DNA from: Nitrospiraceae bacterium
GTDB lineage: Bacteria > Nitrospirota > Nitrospiria > Nitrospirales > Nitrospiraceae
Direction of reading: 5' to 3'
Length of the DNA stretch: 64,000 nucleotides
NCBI GenBank assembly: GCA_050246315.1
Contig: JBFWWG010000011.1
Coordinates: 1-64,000 of the forward strand
Shown: positions 61,701-64,000 of the stretch, in pieces
Numbering within the stretch: the stretch's first letter is position 1
Layout: the number at the start of each line of letters is the position of its first letter
Program-made: the position numbers and the translations under genes
The notes under the pieces: generated by a model
What the model was told of the DNA's origin: nothing
The model's database searches: none
The model's input: only the letters and a program-made list of their open reading frames with translations

Positions 61701-62975
61701 GTGGTCAGAGTAAAACCGAGTGGGGGAAGTAAGGCGGACAACACGAATGCCAAATGGTTTGTCGTGTTCGGATCCGGGCCGAATGGCGACCCGTCATCCG
61801 GCAAACCGTCTGTTTATGAAGGAGGAGTCAGTCAGAAGGGTAAGATGTGGGCGGTGAATCTAGCTACAGGTCCCACATCCGGGAACGTGGTGTCTTTCAA
61901 TGTGAACAGTGCCAATTCACCTCAGAAAGAGTTCTTCGGGGACTTGATCTCGATGGATCGGGATCTCGACTATCGTGGCGATGTTGTATACGGTGGGACA
62001 GTCATGGATGATGGATCTGCACCGTGGCGTGGCAAGTTGTACCGATTGACAACAGGAGATGTCTCTGCCTCGCCCACTCCTGTGGCATTTGGGTTGAACA
62101 CGGATCCTACGAAGTGGGGCAAACTGCAGGAGCCGACTGAAGTCATCGATACATTCGTGCTCGACGGCACGACGCCTGTGACGAAGGAAACCGGTCCGAT
62201 AGTGGCTGCTCCGACAGTCACGCTGGATGATGCAAACAAAGTGTGGGTCTTCTTTGGAACGGGCCGGTATCACAGTGCTTCAGATAAGACCGATACCAGC
62301 ACCCAGTATTTCTTTGGCATCAAGGATTCTGCCCTCAGTTACGACTGCGCACAGTCCACCACGACCAATTGTCAGGACAATGATCTGGTAAATGTCAGCG
62401 GCGCCAGCATCTGTACGACCTGTGCGGCCAACGGCAATGTCACGGGCGTTACAGCGACGATTGGCGCCGGATCCGTGACCGTTACCGATTTCGACAATTC
62501 CACGTCCAATACGTCATTAGCGCAGTTGGTCAAGAATAAAGACGGCTGGGTGACGACTATGCCGGACAGTCGAGAACGGGTGCTTGTGGCACCGGCGTTG
62601 CTGGGCGGTGTTGTCTTCTTTCCGAGCTTCACGCCGGTGAATGATATCTGTGCCGGAATCGGGACTTCACAACTCTATGGGCTGTTCTATAAGACGGGTA
62701 CGGCTCACAAAGACCCGATTCTCGGGGTGACCACCTCGGCGGGGAATAATTATGCAGATCGGCGTGTCAGTATGGGTGAAGGGATGATGTCTCAGGCTGC
62801 GATCCACATCGGAGGACAGGGGGGCGGTGCATCCGGTGCCTCAAGCGGGACCGGGTGTCAGGGGAGAGTCTCCGTTATCATGCAATCCAGCATGGGTGCG
62901 CTCAGCGGCCGCTGCACCATGCCGGTGAGTCCCGTGTACAGCCGCTATGTTTCTTGGGTGAACAATCGAGACTAA
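58752..62975 (+). CDS. pilY1: PilY1 pilus-tip adhesin
   Basis: Signal peptide; PNVLMLMDNSGSM (vWA MIDAS), TPLGESLYEA, YVGANDGMLHAF, GEEKWAFIP, FFGTGRY propeller motifs. Confidence 0.92.
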   Translation: MKRRKFATRVSAALLSVLAFSASPQASAQSMGDYTSVPAFVSDALPPNVLMLMDNSGSMNESAYHQFGEAYDPAKSYYGYFDPSTCYNYASSRFNAGANRAAGNPRCSNPDPWDGNFLNYIATTRFEIIKWVMIGGKCSPRLADGTCYPSGQLVAETLESVTSIDNVAADGIAPYTGAKCFSRDADQLKVYNVGCGSGTNTFNLYRQITSEPTGVLQQVGGDKARFGLMVFNKQTGSGSVQGGDVIRPIGGTMSEMVKAINSHNATQWTPLGESLYEATRYFAQIKPAYANSNYSYSSQSDDPYYYRSPWVSTDQYVKCCKSFVIIFTDGQPTQDLAVPSTVYDHAHSTGAHALINVNGSGHCNTSAGCTVPHSSAPHISHGGGLTDHSAGATQVDHHDNCSSYYGGQNADACVSNGSHYLDDVAYWAHTTDLRPCNGVANGAIAGINETGKCLEGNQNLIVYTFYAFGAGANILMDAAKFGGFEDRNNNNVFDAGVDVFDRVNNYTGAAGADGLPDTYFESYNADDMRDKMVATINSILARSASGTSASVLANSSTGEGSLYQAYFFPKSIENPNVTWVGYTHGLWVDSFGNVREDTVHDGKLIYNQDYIIKPYYDANNGKVKADRYVDSDNDGKANSLVDTVDLELVNSIWEAGRRLALKAHTSRRILTWIDKNGDGIVDSGQDNGIHTDITAGEVIPFGTNAANKTELKKYMRGENSPSVYTSDNLIDFILGCDPVTCTAQAGLRERRLSVKDDSNATVTKVWKYGDPINSTPTVVAAPRERYDVIYGDGTYVEFFKQYRTRRQMIYVGANDGMLHAFDGGFYHRSDGSHHGCFTANLSDMCVTQTTTPTQLGEEKWAFIPYQLLPHLKWLAQGDYSHVYYVDLKPKITDARIFAADADHPQGWGTILIGGLRMGGSCNCAAGQKGRKMSVTEDFTGSGTTTRDFYSAYFVLDITNPEKDPKLLWSFSTSDLGMTTSYPTVVRVKPSGGSKADNTNAKWFVVFGSGPNGDPSSGKPSVYEGGVSQKGKMWAVNLATGPTSGNVVSFNVNSANSPQKEFFGDLISMDRDLDYRGDVVYGGTVMDDGSAPWRGKLYRLTTGDVSASPTPVAFGLNTDPTKWGKLQEPTEVIDTFVLDGTTPVTKETGPIVAAPTVTLDDANKVWVFFGTGRYHSASDKTDTSTQYFFGIKDSALSYDCAQSTTTNCQDNDLVNVSGASICTTCAANGNVTGVTATIGAGSVTVTDFDNSTSNTSLAQLVKNKDGWVTTMPDSRERVLVAPALLGGVVFFPSFTPVNDICAGIGTSQLYGLFYKTGTAHKDPILGVTTSAGNNYADRRVSMGEGMMSQAAIHIGGQGGGASGASSGTGCQGRVSVIMQSSMGALSGRCTMPVSPVYSRYVSWVNNRD

Positions 62976-62976
62976 G

Positions 62977-64000
62977 ATGCCGACTCCGGTCATCTCACGA
63001 GGGCGCTGGACTCCAGAGACGGCACCCTCACGCCAGCCGCAATTCGTCAAACTCCCGGAAGACTCCGGCGGAGCGCAGCCACAATCGGCCTCCCTTGCTC
63101 GACGCTTAACCGGTGTCAGTCTCGTGGTCACCAGCGTGATCGGCGCCTGCGCATTTCTCTGGTCCAGTATCAGCTCGCTAGTTACATCCCCAACGGCTGT
63201 CCCCGGTGTCATTGCGGACAACCGGTTGCCCGTTATTCGCGTTGGAGAGATTCTTCCTAGCCCTTTGACGCGTGAAAGTCCTGTGTCGCTACGCCTTGAA
63301 GTGGACGATCCGGACAATGATGCGGTGTCCTTTCGGTATCAGTGGATCATTAACGGCCGTCCCGTGACCGATGAGCGAGGTTCGACACTCGACCCAACCC
63401 TGCTGAAATCGGGTGATACGGTAGCTGCGGAGGTGATTCCATCTGACGGAAAGGGGCAAGGACCGCTGCATCGAATCGTGGGGGTCGTGGTTGTCAATAC
63501 TCCACCCAAAGTGAGCCAAGTGTCTATCCAGCCCGATCCTCTCCGTGCCGGCGAGCCGGTCAGGGTTGTTGCTGAAGTGGTTGATCCGGATGGCGACGAA
63601 ACGCGAGTCCTTTATCGCTGGTGGAATAGTGACGTATTGGTAGCAGAATCTGAGGTTGCCTCGCTTTCTCATGTGTCAATCGCTCGCGGTGACAAGATCG
63701 TTGTGGAGGTAATTCCTCAGGATGCGGAGGGTCCTGGTAAAGCCCTGAAAACGGATCCAGTGCAGGTCTCAAACGGGCTGCCTCGCATCACCTCTGCTCC
63801 TTCAGCCATCATCAGCGACGGACGATATGGGTATGCAATCAGTGCAACAGATCCAGACGGAGATCCCTTGACCTACGTCTTGACGGTTGGACCACCTAGC
63901 ATGAGGCTTGACGAGCGCTCCGGACAATTGGAGTGGACGCTTCGAGGCGAGGACAAGGGGATTCACCACGTGCGAATTGAAGTGCGTGATGGTCACAACG
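62977..64000 (+). CDS. Membrane-anchored Ig/cadherin-like repeat protein (partial; absent from the ORF track)
   Basis: Manual translation open to the window end: TM segment, then three units DDPDNDAVSFRYQW / VDPDGDETRVLYRW / ATDPDGDPLTY. Confidence 0.8.
   Translation, partial: MPTPVISRGRWTPETAPSRQPQFVKLPEDSGGAQPQSASLARRLTGVSLVVTSVIGACAFLWSSISSLVTSPTAVPGVIADNRLPVIRVGEILPSPLTRESPVSLRLEVDDPDNDAVSFRYQWIINGRPVTDERGSTLDPTLLKSGDTVAAEVIPSDGKGQGPLHRIVGVVVVNTPPKVSQVSIQPDPLRAGEPVRVVAEVVDPDGDETRVLYRWWNSDVLVAESEVASLSHVSIARGDKIVVEVIPQDAEGPGKALKTDPVQVSNGLPRITSAPSAIISDGRYGYAISATDPDGDPLTYVLTVGPPSMRLDERSGQLEWTLRGEDKGIHHVRIEVRDGHN

Noticed and set aside
61974..61982. RGD tripeptide in PilY1
   Set aside because: Falls within the Ca-loop-like DRDLDYRGD segment; probably incidental.

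Overview
Bacterial chromosomal window, GC-rich in the core. Gene order and content look Nitrospira/Nitrospirota-like (inference, no search run). Left to right: (1) the right part of an IS1-like element carrying a Fic-wHTH passenger gene and a tiny basic ORF; (2) a degenerate alkaline-phosphatase-superfamily gene, nested MITE/REP-like repeats and five tandem HEAT/PBS-lyase-repeat genes; (3) ugd, CBS, spermidine-synthase-like, nitrosocyanin-like cupredoxin, ferredoxin, Rieske and D-amino-acid aminotransferase genes; (4) rimP-nusA-infB-DUF503-rbfA-truB-rpsO-pnp-M16 peptidase; (5) two related exported proteins of unknown function; (6) mutS-lapA-tsaE-nnr-pdxJ on the minus strand; (7) alaC-hom-thrC-apgM-like-lysC-cimA; (8) ihf-merR-tRNA-Pro-surE-dedA-cysS-rlmB and a solo LuxR; (9) a type IV pilus region with pilD and two distinct minor-pilin cassettes, one ending in a large ComZ-like PilX plus a PilB ATPase, the other in PilY1. 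No CRISPR array or rRNA seen. Best candidates for undescribed biology: the five-gene HEAT cluster, the operator-controlled IS1/Fic element, two apparent AP-superfamily pseudoenzymes, the exported paralog pair and the dual pilus-tip cassettes. All family calls come from motif recognition by eye.
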